Positions 48,065 to 61,300 of a DNA stretch of 64,000 nt are shown here, in pieces (position 1 is the first letter of the stretch; each line of letters starts with the position of its first letter). The notes beneath the pieces are model-generated. The model was not told where the DNA came from, did no database searches, and worked only from the letters and a program-made list of their open reading frames with translations. Location of the stretch: assembly GCA_973895155.1 (NCBI GenBank), contig OZ316898.1, positions 12,613,659 to 12,677,658 on the forward strand, in the 5' to 3' direction. Source of the stretch: Marsupella aquatica (taxonomy: Eukaryota > Plantae > Marchantiophyta). The position numbers and the translations under genes are program-made.

Positions 48065-50573
48065 CTAGTCGGTCACTTGTTCAATGTGGTTGGCAGGATG
48101 TGCGACATTAACATAAAAAATACTCATAACACCAGTATGAGCCTGCTCAGCGTTATACAATCCGTCAAAGTTAATTTCCTGCCACGCATCAAGATAGACA
48201 CTTCCAGGCTTGGGGAAGCATGTGGTCATTCCCACAACATAGCCTGCTTCATCACCAGCTTCGACACCCTTGCCATAAATTGGCACCGATTCGCAAATTA
48301 CGACACCATTCTGGAGCATCAGTGACTATCTGTTAGCGGATACTTCAATGAATGTCACACGTCCACGTACGAACCAAATTGACGAAACACATTTACGAAC
48401 CTCTCGTCCTAATATACAGCAAAACCTTTCAGAAATAGTCAATATAAGGTAGTAACAAATAACTTTGATTTCGAAAGTAGACCCATTGGAATTCCCAGCG
48501 ATACGAGGCAACTGGCATTTACAAGAATACCTTATCATATATTATACCACCCATGCCTGCAACATGTTGATGCAAATGTGCCTTAACAACATGCCCACCA
48601 ACTGGCAGAGCTGCAATCGCGTGGCGGCGATCAATGCAAGCGTTACTCGACTCCTTGTTGCACTCTGGCACTTCGTACTCAGTCTGTTCACATTTTCCAG
48701 GCAAAGAGGTTATACTCGCAACCATTGCTGGACGAGCAGATTATCTTTGATATTGCTAGCTCGCCTCAGCCCAAAACCAATTAACCATTCAATCACCAGA
48801 AGGAACACAAACGGTAGCAGCTTCCAACATTGACAGTCTGAGCGGAGGAGAAAGTGGAACACATTTCTAGTCCTGTTCGGCAATGCAAAACTTAGCAATC
48901 GTTCGGGTACTTCAACAAAATAGCAACGTCCCATTCCCATATCAGAAGTTTGGCAAGAAAGGTTAATTCACTCTGACAAATGTGTGCTGCATAACAAAGA
49001 GATCCAACCAGAGAGACAAGAGAGAACCTCACCTTGCAGCTTGGCTTTTCATCCAACGAAGTCCTGGGGTCAGTAGCATCAAGGAAGTAGGTTCTGACAG
49101 GGACAATCGTCGCGTCCCATTCCACCCATGTTACTACGTACTTCAGATACAACTTCCTGCTTGGGAGAGCAGCGTTCTCCTTCACAGCGCACTGGGTCTT
49201 ATCGTAACAACAGCTCATGCCTCCCCTGTATCCTGGAGCGAGAGGACGTCCTCCGAAATCCGTGGTCACTCCATAAGCTTCACATAGGCACTCCAAACAG
49301 CTGTCGTCGACATCACAGATCTCATTGTTAAACACCATATTATCAACTGCTGAAATATTCGGAATTGAGGTATTGTGGTATTAATACGAAGAGAACTGAA
49401 GAATTCTCGAAAGCACTTCAAGCCACTGATAACATCAAATTCGGTACCCAGAGTTTCCAATTCTAAGATCGTAATCCGGACAACAGTGGTACCTGGTTGC
49501 ATCCACAGCTCCGCGTGTATCAATGGCGTGCACGTTGAGGTACCACGCTTCCTCGTATCCTTCTGGAATTGTTGCTGGATTCCCTGCTTGAAAAGCATAT
49601 GGTGCAGGAAGGCTTTCGTCGGTGCGCCTGGTCTCTGACCCCACGGCAAAGAAGATTGTGTCCACACTGTCCGCGCAAGTTCCCTGCCTCGTCTCCTGCA
49701 TTGATTTGTTTGCTATCAGCAGGCAAAATCAACTCCAAATCATTGTACCCTTTAAAGCTCTCTATTGTGTCCATAATGCACACTTTGCTAATCACTTTAA
49801 ATTCGGTCTTGGCATATTGCAGTCACTCCCAGCTATCAAGAGGACTCTTCATGACTATTGACAAGACAAATAGAAATCACCGCTGACCTGCTTCACATCT
49901 GCCCCTTCCTGGAATTGTATGCGGTGTAAATGACCTTCGTGCATGTTGAACACTACGGTTGGATCGGTAATCTTTTTAGGGCTCGAGCTCACGAGCTCTT
50001 TGTGACCCTTTTTCACAAAAACCTTGATCACCAGGGTGTGATGCAGATACACCTCATACAAAGGGACCGAGATTCCGTTCTCATCGACCACCTAAGAAAA
50101 GCCCAAGCAATGATTAAACCAATCAACAGCCTAGCCACTCAGACAGAGTTGGCGGGTAGCAGTTTAGACAATCTTTCATGGTCGAGTCGATGCTCAAGAC
50201 CACAATCCACAAATAGCTAGTACGTTTTGAATGAGTATTATCTTCAATTAGGAATGTTGGCTACATTGAGCTGTGTCACCAATTACTTAACTTCGATGTG
50301 CTGCGACCATAAGAGTCTAATCGCAAACTCGTAAAAAGGAGACATTATGAGGTCATTATGACAGTGTTTTCATACCTCCTCATAAAAGTTGCGCAAGCCG
50401 ATGTGGCCCTCAGGCATCTCAAGCGTGTTGTACTTATCTACCACATCCCCTGAGCCCAGCTCAAACGCCGGTGAAAGATAAGTTTTCGTGTGAACCACTT
50501 CTGCCACTATAACTGACACCAGCGAAAGGAATACCACAAGGGCTAATGCCCATAGATTGCTCAAGTTGCTCAT
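48065..50573 (-). CDS. Stress up-regulated Nod19 (SURNod19) family secreted protein, copy 1, ~431 aa
   Basis: 6 phase-compatible exons: 50376-50573, 49881-50091, 49493-49712, 49033-49300, 48531-48683, 48065-48310. Signal peptide; motifs VPLYEVYLHH, GSETRRT, LNVHAIDTRG, GGMSCCYD, HQH, GYVVGMTTC, HTGVM. Confidence 0.92.
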
Positions 50574-52974
50574 GGCTCTCCACCTACAATGGAAACACAA
50601 AACAAAACAAAACAAAACCAACAGAAGTTGAGCTCAGTGAAAAGAATGCCCTATGAAACCACAGGATTTGCTGACGAAAAGCGTGAAGCAATCAATTGGC
50701 TAAGGGACCAAAATCGGCTTCATTTACCAATAGAGCTTTCAACCCGAGTGCAAGCATGGACGAAATATGTCCATCGACTGGATGGATCGTACGTAGAGTC
50801 CAACGAGGTCCACAACTACAATGGTTAGACACGCAGAGGGAATGAATGGAATTTTGCAGAGAGACCCGCATGAAGAAAGAGGTGAAGAAAAACAGAGAGA
50901 CAGAGGAAGAGCGCTAACCTCCAATGCTTTGCACTACTCGCTTCCCTGGGCCCCAATTGAGAAGGCACCTGAACCTCTCCTCAAGTGAACGAAATCGAAT
51001 CCAATCCACACCTCAAGATGGTGTTTAATACGAGAGACAATAACTTAGCAGATAAGAATTAGAATCCGACATCGTCGATCCGAATGATCGACGTATGAAG
51101 ATAAAGACCGATGAATATTGACGTCTTCCTTCAGAACTCTGTTCGGACCGCATGAGCATTTACACGTTGCGGACTGTTGAGGCTGCATACCCAGCTTCGT
51201 ATCAGGCCCACCATCCGAATAGTCAGACGTCACGAATCGCCATCATTTCATGAGCTTACACGCTTTACACTTCTTGTCCACGGTTTCTTCTTCTCCCAAA
51301 GAGTTAGTTCATGGGAATTCAAAACTTGGGTCGTATGTGTGAAAGGTGCGTCTAGATCACTGAATGAAGTAAACGGTAAAAGCCCAAGATGAGGGAGAAA
51401 ATCATCAGTGTCACAATGACGTCCTCACTAGTCCACCTGATGTTCCATCATAACTATCTGGTGAATCCAATCATCACCAACATGAATACCAGGCCAATCA
51501 GAAACAATCACCGTATAGCAGAAGAGCATCCACCCAACTAGTCTGTTGAGATGTCCAATTTGCTACAAATTCTAGAGTCATCTTCGCAACAATCAATTCT
51601 CTTTCAAATTGTGACTTTCCTTCCTCTTCTCTGGAAAGGACCTCGACACCGAACGTCTCTTCCCGGGCTTTGGAATGATACTTCTGAAGCGGGTCAATGA
51701 TCACAATACGATTTGTTTCAGCAAATTCAGTTGATGGCATTGGTTTTTCTCGTCCGTCAGCATTCTTCGTTGCTTCTAACACATTTAATGTAAAGCCATG
51801 CCTGGTTCCTTGACAGGCCATTGTTATGTACCTCGTCCCAACAGTCGCTCACTCTTCTGTACTTGGCAGGTTTTCTCTTTTTGGCCTCGAACAATTTCAG
51901 AAAACTACAGTACATTCCAAGACACAACTTTACAGAAGAGGGCTCAGAAGGATTACACTTTGAAGTGGATTTGACAGGACGGTATTGTGTCTGGTCCAAG
52001 TTCCACTCTAAGCGCAGATACTAGTACATAGGGAGTACTTTTCCGGCTAACGTGGTACTAAATGAGTATCTGCCACAACTTGCCATTTGGTTGAAATTAA
52101 CGGTGCGGCCCAGAGCATTTCAACTACTCCAGTGGTTACTGCATGTTTGACAAATGCCATCGAGGTGTGACGAAATGAAGTGATACCTTTTTGGCTGACA
52201 AGCCATTCTGGCTTCATGTTTGGCCTAGCTTGACAGGCAAATGAGGGGTCTAGACCCTGTCATCCGTCACTCCCGGTCGTCCAGACCACCCGGCCCCAAC
52301 CCCACCCCAACCTCATCCTGACCCAACCCTACCCCAAACCCCAAACCGAACTCTAATCCCCGGCCTGGGACCGGCTTGCTAAACCAGGGGGGGTTCGGGG
52401 TAGCCCGAGACCTGGCCGGGAAGGGGGTTGGGAGAATTCAGGACCGGCTGGGAGTAAAGAGGAATATGCGTCATTTGGCCCCTTTTGGAGCCATAATGTG
52501 GCGAGTTTACGTGTAGGGCAACACATAAACTTGCCCGTCAGCTCAAACCGGGCCTTTTCAAGTTGGCCGTCATCAAAACGAGCAAGGGCCCAAAGCTAGA
52601 CACTTGGAGGGAGATGGGGCAGGGAAGCGTAGAAAGGGAAAAATCTATTATGAACAGTGGGAGACTTCGCAATGGAGAAGTTTGCACCTGTGTAGTTTTA
52701 ATGTGATGTTGGTTTTAAAAACATTTTCTCCTTCTGGGGTGGGCCGGGGCGTAAGATTAAGGGTGTTTCCATTGCTTCTCTAATTCCAAACTCACTCTTG
52801 ACCCCTTCATGCGATTGACAGTATGTCCTGCGAACTTTCTTGAACTGCTAAACTTCTTGTCAGATATATATCTGAATGCCGAGAAGCCTGTGCAGTATTG
52901 GATTGTACATATACTCACTCCATCATTGTAGGTATACTCACTCCATCACGTGACATCTTTTCTTTCATGATGTT

Positions 52975-53390
52975 GATGTCAATGAGAGAGAAGATGTGAG
53001 GTAAGGAAAAAAAGTCAAGATGAGAAGAAAAATGTTGAGGAGAGAAAAGATGGCGAGGTGAGAAAAAGATGTAAAGATGAGGAATAGATGTCCAGGAAAT
53101 AAAAGATGTCGAGAGTGAGGGAAAGATGTCATGGAGAGAGAAGATGTCAAGGTGAATAAAAGATGTCAAGGTGAGAAAAGGTCTCGAGGAGAGAAAAATC
53201 TGTCAAGGAGAGGAAAGATGTCAAGGGTGAGAAAATAATTTGTGGTGAGATAAAGATATCACTTTGAGAAAAAGATGGTGAGATAAGAAAAGGATGTCAA
53301 GGAGGAGAAAAGATGTTGAAGAGAGATAAATATGTAAAGATTATTTAGAACACCATGTCAAGGCAATAAAAGATGTCAAGGCGAGACAAG
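52975..53390. repeat. Degenerate purine-rich minisatellite, same family as 37146-37930
   Basis: AAAGATGTCAAGGTGA-like units. Confidence 0.8.
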
Positions 53391-53441
53391 AAAGTATAAG
53401 CTTTGCAATGTAGCTATTGAGGCATGTGGTCCCGTTTGCCT

Positions 53442-53780
53442 CTTTGAAAAGATCTAAAACGATCTTTTCAAAAATCAAAGAAATAACCATGTTATATTGA
53501 ATGGTCACAAATGATACCCGCATTTTTATCTTTCATTTGAAAAAATCTAAAGCAATCACAAAAATAACCATGTTATATCGAATGGTCACAAATGATTCCC
53601 GCATTTTTTATCTTTCCTTTGAAAAAATCTAAAGCAATCACAAAAATAACCATGTTATATTGAATGGTCACAAATGATTCCTGCATTTTTTATCTTTCCT
53701 TTGGAAAGATCTAAAACAATCACAAGAATAACCATGTTATATCCAATGGTCACAAATGATTCCTGCATTTTTCATCTTTT
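53442..53780. repeat. ~82-bp tandem repeat x4
   Basis: ATAACCATGTTATA..GAATGGTCACAAATGAT at 53483, 53564, 53646 and 53728. Confidence 0.92.
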
Positions 53781-54209
53781 GTAAGCCAACGATCCACCAA
53801 TTTGACGGGGTAGCATATTATAGTGGTAGATAGGTTGGGGGTAGGTTAACAAATCTTCTCAAACAAAAGTATAGAGACTGCTAATCCTTCACTCCATGCA
53901 AGTGATACTTAACCCAGTTAGATGAGTATGGACAAGTCAATAATGAGTTGGATGAAGGGAAGAAAAAGCTCTGTCAACCCAATCCATGATTAGATGGGTA
54001 TGGACAAGTTAACAATGGTTACAGTGGGGAGAGACTAGTTGTTGATAATACAAGAATTGGTGAGACATTATGAGCAAATTGACCCTCATCAGAGACAAAA
54101 GAATGGGCAAATGAACCATGATTGGATATGGGATAAGCTGTAATCTTTGTGGCATCAGCACACGTATGAGCTAGTACAAAACATAGCGTCATACAAAACA
54201 ATCCTGCAC

Positions 54210-57200
54210 CTGCTCAACGGTTTCCTAGGCTAACGGTGGCGCCGTTTCTCGGCCTGATGCGGTGGGCTCTCTCCATCACCTCCCCTTTCTTTTCACCTGC
54301 CTCGGTTGGGCCTTTTGTTGCTTCTTGATGCGTTTTTGCTTTCATCGGATTGCGGCCTGTCATGTATGCGTTGAGAGTGTTGGCGTGGGGCAAGCGCCCA
54401 GCCCCACCCCACACTTCTCCCCCGTCCTCCCCTCCCCCTCGTGGCCATCTTCGTGTTTGCTCTTCTTCACTGGATCTCTCTCACATGACCCCATGCCCGA
54501 TGCTCTGCCAGTCCCCCCCGTCTACTGCCCACCCCATCGTCGCCCTGGCTCCTCTCCCCACCCCATTCCCTCTCCACCCATTCATCATCCTCCTTCGGCC
54601 TCCTCGTCCACATCTGTTCCACCCCCACCTCCTGTCCAGTCTTTCCCTGCTCCCTCCCCGGACGAGCGTCCCTTGCATACTTGTCCTGACTGTGGATGGG
54701 TTGGCATCTCCCTCCCTCATCATCGCGGGCGGGGCCAGTGTCATCGTCGCCAGCAAGCACAATCCTAGCCTCAGCCCCCTATTGACCCGGTTAGCTCTGC
54801 CCCTCCCTCCTTGGAGGCTCCCGAGCAGGCATGGAATTGGGTTCGCACTCTAGACCCCCTTCCAGCCTACCATCCAGGGTACATTAGACCTCGCCTTTAT
54901 AACCACATTCCTCTGGCGCTGCGCCCTTTAGTTCGGTCCTCCTTGTTGCAACTCATGCAGCTTATCTTGGCGCATCCTATGGAGGTCTCCTACTGGTTTG
55001 TACTGATGCTTTTTCCACAATGGTCTCTTACCCTCCCTAGTCATGGTGGTCGTGTGGGTCACCGTGAGACTGCCTCTTGTATCCATCGTTTTTTGCGGGG
55101 AGATTGGGAGCAGCTTCAGGAAAAGTACTTTCTTCGCGCCCGGTCTTTTACCGCCCGTGCTTTGTCTGACCCAGCCCGCCACTCTCATCCCCTTGAGCAT
55201 AGACGTCTTCGTTGCTCTTGTCGTTTAGCCCAGGCTGGTGAATATCGTCGGGCTGTCCAGGCCCTTTCTCCCACCACACCAGCCCCCCCCCCCTGGCGAG
55301 GTCACCTCGTCGGCCCTTCAGGATCTCTATCCGCAGCCCCATGATCAGCTCCCTTTGTTCGTAGAGGATTTTGAGCCTGAGGAGGATCTTCAGTTTAGTA
55401 GGGACCTCTTCACCTATGCCTTCCTCCATGCCCTGCGTTGCGTTGTTGGTGGCCCCTCTGGCTATGTCTTTGAGCATTTTCGGGATTTATTCCCCCCTGA
55501 GGATCCTTAGTTTGGTTTTCCAGTTTTCTTCTCCTTTTGCCAGTGTATTGCAGCCGGTCGTTTGCCTCCTCCCGTCTCTCGGCTCTTGAGTGCTTCTCGT
55601 TTATTGACCATGGCTAAGTCTTCACCGGGTATTCGGCCAATTGCTATTGGGGAGGTTTTTCTTCGGCTTGTGTCTCGCACACTTTCCTCGCAGTTTCGCT
55701 CTACACTATCGGATCATCTCTCTCCACATCAGTTTGCAGTTGGCTTTCCTGGCGGTTGTGAGACAGTTATTGCGGGTATTCGAGCTACCTTGGACCTCCA
55801 CCCTGATTGGGTTGTCCTCCAGGTTGATGTCTCTAATGCTTTTAATATGGTTTCTCGGGCAGCCATTTTTTGTGCTTTGAGGGCGGCGGATCCAGACATC
55901 CAGTCCCTGATCCCCTTTGTCCGTTGTTTTTATGGACTCGAGGCCCCACTCTTCTATAGTCATCACTCCTCTACAGGTGTGTATACCACTCTTTCCTCTG
56001 CAGAAGGTACTCGTCAGGATGACCCTTTGGGTGGGCCTCTTTTTGCCATTGCCCATTTTACAGCTTTACAAGAAGCCGCCATGGCCCACCCCCAGTGTAT
56101 CTTCCCCTCCCTTTCAGATGACACCCACATCATTGATCCTCCTGCCACGGTTACTTCTACCCTCGCCACTCTTTCCACCCATTTGATGAGCCTCGGTTTA
56201 CGAGTTCAGCCTGTGAAGAGTCGTGCATGGAGTCCAGCTGGGTTACCCTCTGATCTTGCGCTTCCCCCAAGGTTCTTACGTCCAGCCGATGGTCTTCGGG
56301 TCCTTGGCTCCCCAGTCGGTACCGCCTCCTTTTGCTCCTCAGTCTTTCATCGCTGACTCTCTACAGGCTGCCTTAGCCTCTACTCCTATGCTCCCTAAGT
56401 TAGCAGATTCTCAGGCAGCATTTGGGATGTTGTTGAGGTGCATCCACCCTCGTCCCGACCCTCGTGCGTCTTATCTGGCTAGGACGCATCCCCCTACCGA
56501 GGATCTTTGTCTCCACCTTCGAGCATTTGATGTCTCCATTCGTCAGACCTTGGCCTCTCTTTTGGGGCCGGGTACGTTGCTCTCATCTCCGTGGCTTCAT
56601 CGACAACTCAGTCTTCCTATTTTGCAGGGTGGTTTTGGGCTTACTTCCATTGAGAGCCGTGCACCTTTGGCCTTTTTGGGAGCGTGGGCGGCCGCCTTCT
56701 CATTGTTGGCCGATCGTTTTCTTATTGAGGATCATCCTTTTTTACTTTCATCTCTCATGGAGGTAGAGGAGGGTTCCCTCCCGTTTCAGGTTCATTTGCG
56801 CGCAGTGCGGTCTTCATTACCAGATCCCGTTCGCGCCGCGTTACCTTCTTTTCAGGAGTTTTTATCCTTGGATCTCGTTCGTCTTCAGGCAGACCTCGCT
56901 GGGCGTATGCACGCTTTCACCCTTTCCAGCATCCTCTCCGAGGCACCTGACACAGACCGAGCTCGGATTCTTTCTTCCGGAGGGAAGGGCGCAGGTGGAT
57001 GGCTTCAGGCCAATCCAATCATTCCTCATTTGCGGATATCTTCAACGGAGTTCTCCACAGCCATGCATCTTCGTATGGGGCTGCCCCACCCACTTCTTGC
57101 AGGTTTACCCCCTTCTTGCACTTGTGGGAAGCCTTGTGATGCCACAGGTGTCCATCTTCTTCGATGCAGTTTGGGAGGTGAAACCATTATTGTTCACGAC

Positions 57201-58003
57201 GCTGTGCGAGATGCGACTGCTCAGGTTCTCTCTGGCTCTTTGGTATGCGTGCGGCGGGAGGTGGTACTCAAGTTACCTGGTCCTCCATCACAGCGGTTAC
57301 GGGTGGATCTTACCATGGTCCGTGAGGGTCAACGTACATTGGCAGATGTAATGGTGGCAAACCCATTGCGCCAAGACATCATTGGGACAGCGGCAACTAC
57401 GGCAGGGGCAGCAGCATCACGTGCGGCAAACAACGAAGGAGGCCAAATATGCTGCACGAGCTTCATCCGACAGCTTCCTCCCCCTTGCTCTGGAGCTATT
57501 TGGGCGTCTTCATCCTCAGTTTGATGGGCTTCTTCGGCAAGCTGCCCGGGATGTTCATGGCCGCATGGGTCCCACCGGACCCCCACTTTCTATTTTGACC
57601 ACGCACTTTCGCCAACGCATTTCAGTCACCTTGCAGCGTGCTCAAGCTCGGGCCATCTATCGTCGATCTCTTACAGTGGGTGCTAGTGTGCCTCCGCAGC
57701 AGCTAGCTCCCCTAGAGGATGTTCCAATCCCACTTGCCGATCTAGCTTTGACCCTTGATGTGGACCAATAGCTTTTTGCCACATTCGCTAGGAATGATGA
57801 GGACCTCGGTCCGCTTGGGTTAGTTTTAGTCTCTCTTTCTTGGTTTTTAGGGGTTCCTTATTGCTCATTTCTTACTTTTAGTTCCTCTTTCTTGGTGTTT
57901 AGTGGTTCCCTTTTGCTCACTTCTTTTTTGATTGGTTTTGTCCACTTGGGCCCTCTTTTGTTTGTTCATTTGTACTCTGATTGGTCCCTTTGTATATAAA
58001 AAG
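54210..58003 (+). mobile_element. Decayed CRE-like non-LTR retrotransposon (single ORF: RT plus restriction-like endonuclease); ends approximate
   Basis: Broken ORF 54262-57771: N-terminal CPDC..H..C motif; RT motifs GIRPIAIGE, QFAVG.PGGCE, VDVSNAFN, GTRQDDPLG, SDD, GGFG; then CTC..HLLRC, HDAVRD, RVDL..ADV, KY (RLE). Stops at 54766 and 55508; frameshifts near 55290, 56345 and 57435. Confidence 0.88.
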
Positions 58004-58309
58004 TGTGTATATTTCCCCTTTAGGAGGGAGAAAGTTAAAAAGCTATTCCACCCCAGAAAAAAGGCCACTTCAGTCTTACATGACCTCTCCTTCGATATCT
58101 ACCCACTTCTACTCCTCACTATTGTACTCATATATATATATACAGTAGATGTCCGTGACTGAAATTTGGAGGTTTAACATGGTCAACATCTCCCTCTCCA
58201 AATTGCAATTGACCCTAACAAATTTGGGCATACATATCGTGTCCGATTTCAGTATGTGTTGATCATTCTCTACCCCTTCCTATAATTTAAGGCCTTTGAT
58301 GCTCTCTAA

Positions 58310-61300
58310 GGGTGGGTTCCCACCTAAAGTTATATTTTAACTAATATTATTAATTAAAAAGAAAACCAGGGCGAAGGGTTCCCACTCACGCAAGTTGCAC
58401 TTTTAGTTAAATGTCAACTACCAATAGTTAGTGATGATCGTTCTTTTCGAGTACTTAACTAAAAAGTTAAGTGCCATAGTGCTTGGAACTTAATTTTTTG
58501 TAAACAAATCTTTTCACAAGATAGTCCCATAACTTCTGGTCGCAGTGTAGTCACGTGTCGTGGCGGTGTCGTCATTGTGAGGGTCATCAGCTGTGTCGTC
58601 ACTGTGAGGGTCATCAGCTGTGTCGTCACTGCCCTGCTGGTAATCACACATCAAAATGTGACTGCATTCATTAAAGGAAAAAACTAGGATTATCACGGTA
58701 TGCAAGGGTGTCCTACATCGTATATGTCATATTTTGATGTGCAGTTACCGAGACCGTCGTCACTGTGAGGGTCATCAGCTGTGTCGTCACTGTGAGGGTC
58801 ATCCGCTGATTGCAGCAGCATTGAATTCATGTCGTCATTGTGAGGGTCGTCCGCTGATTGCAGCAGAAGCAGCATTGAATTCATGACTCTGTGTCCGTGT
58901 GTCGTCACTGTGAGGGTCATCCGCTGATTGCAATTCACGACGGTCGTGTGTTTGATCGTCGTCGCAGGGCTTTTTAGATTTCCATTTCCGCTTCTTGGGG
59001 ACCTTGACAGGTGCACGTCCAGCCACTCTCGCAATCGATGTGGATGCAGGTGCGCGTCCAACTACGCTCACAACGGTTGTAGATGCAGATACTGCACTCC
59101 TGCCCCGTCCAGGGTTCGGTGCAGATGGCGACATTGGTGAATTGGGCGTCGGCACTGGACGCTCCTGCGCAATCCGGGCACTTCTATGTAAACCCATCGG
59201 CATCGTCGTTGGGTTGCTTCTCTCCATCGTTGTGAAATTCAATCCGCACGATACGGAGCTGTCACTGCTTACGCATTGAGCTGGAGATAATCCACGAGAA
59301 GTTCCGGAAGGTGGGATGCAGCCCTTGTTGCGCGGCGAGGTCAGACTGCAACACTCCACGAGTAACTTAAGTAAAGGTGTCGGTACCATCATCGATGGTG
59401 AGGTGCATGACGAACCGATTTATTTGCCAATTCTGTAGTTCTGACTCGTCTGTTCTTCTGAAGCTCTCTCCAGAGCTCGACCTAGTTCCTCTTTGAGATT
59501 CATTCCCTCCTCACCGTTGGGAGAATAGGAGCTGTTTGCCATAATTGTACTTCGCGGCAACGTTGAGCGTCTGAGAAATTTTTGTACCAGGAATGTGCGT
59601 CGATTCAGGTTAATTGCGATCACCAACGTTGCTTCTATCCAGAATACGGGGCATAAATCATAAATCATAAATCATAAAAGTGAAAAATTCGAACAACATT
59701 GATGGGAACTGAGGGAAGGAAATGTTTTCTGAGACAAGATTTTGTCAAGCACGTATCGGTTGAAAACATTAGCGAGGCGCATTCAAAACGTGTGTACAGT
59801 TTTCATACTTTCTCGTAGCACTCATACTCAGGTATACATCATGAAAGCTGTGACTCACCTAGATGACCATCAAAAGAGTATTGCTTGCCTATTGAATTAA
59901 CTGTCAGCAACACCGACCACGCATTCTCTGGCACCACCTGCAGCCCAAGTGTGGATACCGAGAAATTTCAAGTGCATGGGAAACAGCCTACCCAAGAGGT
60001 CCACTCACAAAGCTATCTCAAGGTACTATTGATAAGATCAGGGTAGAGTAGATTCCGTGAATAAAGTGTTATGAGTAGACTCTACAAGTCGGAGTTAGCA
60101 AGCAAAATCCAGTCAAACACATGCTAGTGGAGAATCGAGTTGGCACAAAGGAAGTGTATCCAAATAAGAACAAAGAACGGGCTCACAACAATCAATTGTC
60201 TCATGATTAGAGTCAAACAGTGTCAAAGAATGATTGCTGTGCTATATGTGATGTGATCAGATCATTATGATATGCAGAGTATGGAGTAGAAGCTATTGGT
60301 AGCATTGTAAAGTACAATAGAAGCATGCGCAAAACGAATTTTTTCCCAGAAACAGATGCAATTGTCTCATTAGAGTCAACAGTGTCAAAGAATGATTGCT
60401 CTGCTGTGATTGTCAAAACGCAACGTGACTACCGTGTTTTACTATACTTCCTATTCGTACTCTGTTTAAAACCGGACATAAAATTTAGTATTCATGTTTG
60501 CCAATCACATGTTCTGAAACTTACTTTCTCTCCGAAGGTGGATCATTGGAACTCATTTGTTACTTTTAGTTATTCGAATTACAATTCAAGCCAGTCGAAA
60601 GCTGCACTCCTTTCAGCTGCGGGAAGGAATATCATCAACTCTGTTTGATACTTTGATTAAGTGTCTATGGAATATATCAGCCGAAGTTTAAATACAGAAG
60701 TAAGGTATTTTTCTTCTCGTAAAGCACTCTGCAATACATTCTATAGAAAGACTACTACGAGAGAGCCAGTGAGCTAGACACGGATGACAAGGTCAGTGAG
60801 CACACAGAATACAATGCCCAGGTGCTGACCTTTCCTGGTCCCGTAAGAAGCACTGGGTTCGTTGTCACTTGGCCTCTACGAAGCTCTATACTGCTGAGAC
60901 CTGCACATGTCCTGCCAGGTCATGAACAGGGCAAAATAACTCCTCAAAACCCTTAAGAACTCTTTTCATGGCATGCACTCCTACTTGCTCACCGATCATC
61001 AAAATCTCATTCACCGATCATCAATCTGATTGCTACGGCGCAGAGCAGGGAGGCAATTCCAGTCTTTACGCCTACTTTTCCGTGTTCACCGGCTATGCAC
61101 CACACCTCAACACCGAGAAAGACTCATTCCGCTGTGCTCAATTACGTTGAAGAGGCACTTCTCGCGAGATCTCAAGGTCCTAGATCGCATGCGTTCCAAC
61201 AAGACCAGGGACAGAGCACAACAAATTGACTATACTGAACAGAACAGTGACCCAAACACATCCCGCTAGTCTTCAGTGACATGCGTAACACGGTTGCAAC

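Noticed and set aside
51498-52024. ORF fragments between SURNod19 copy 1 and the repeat block
   Set aside because: No recognisable domain or consistent exon structure.
58566-58930. 27-bp repeats as a CRISPR array
   Set aside because: Several units are head-to-tail without unique spacers, the intervening sequence is itself duplicated, and they lie inside a TIR element.
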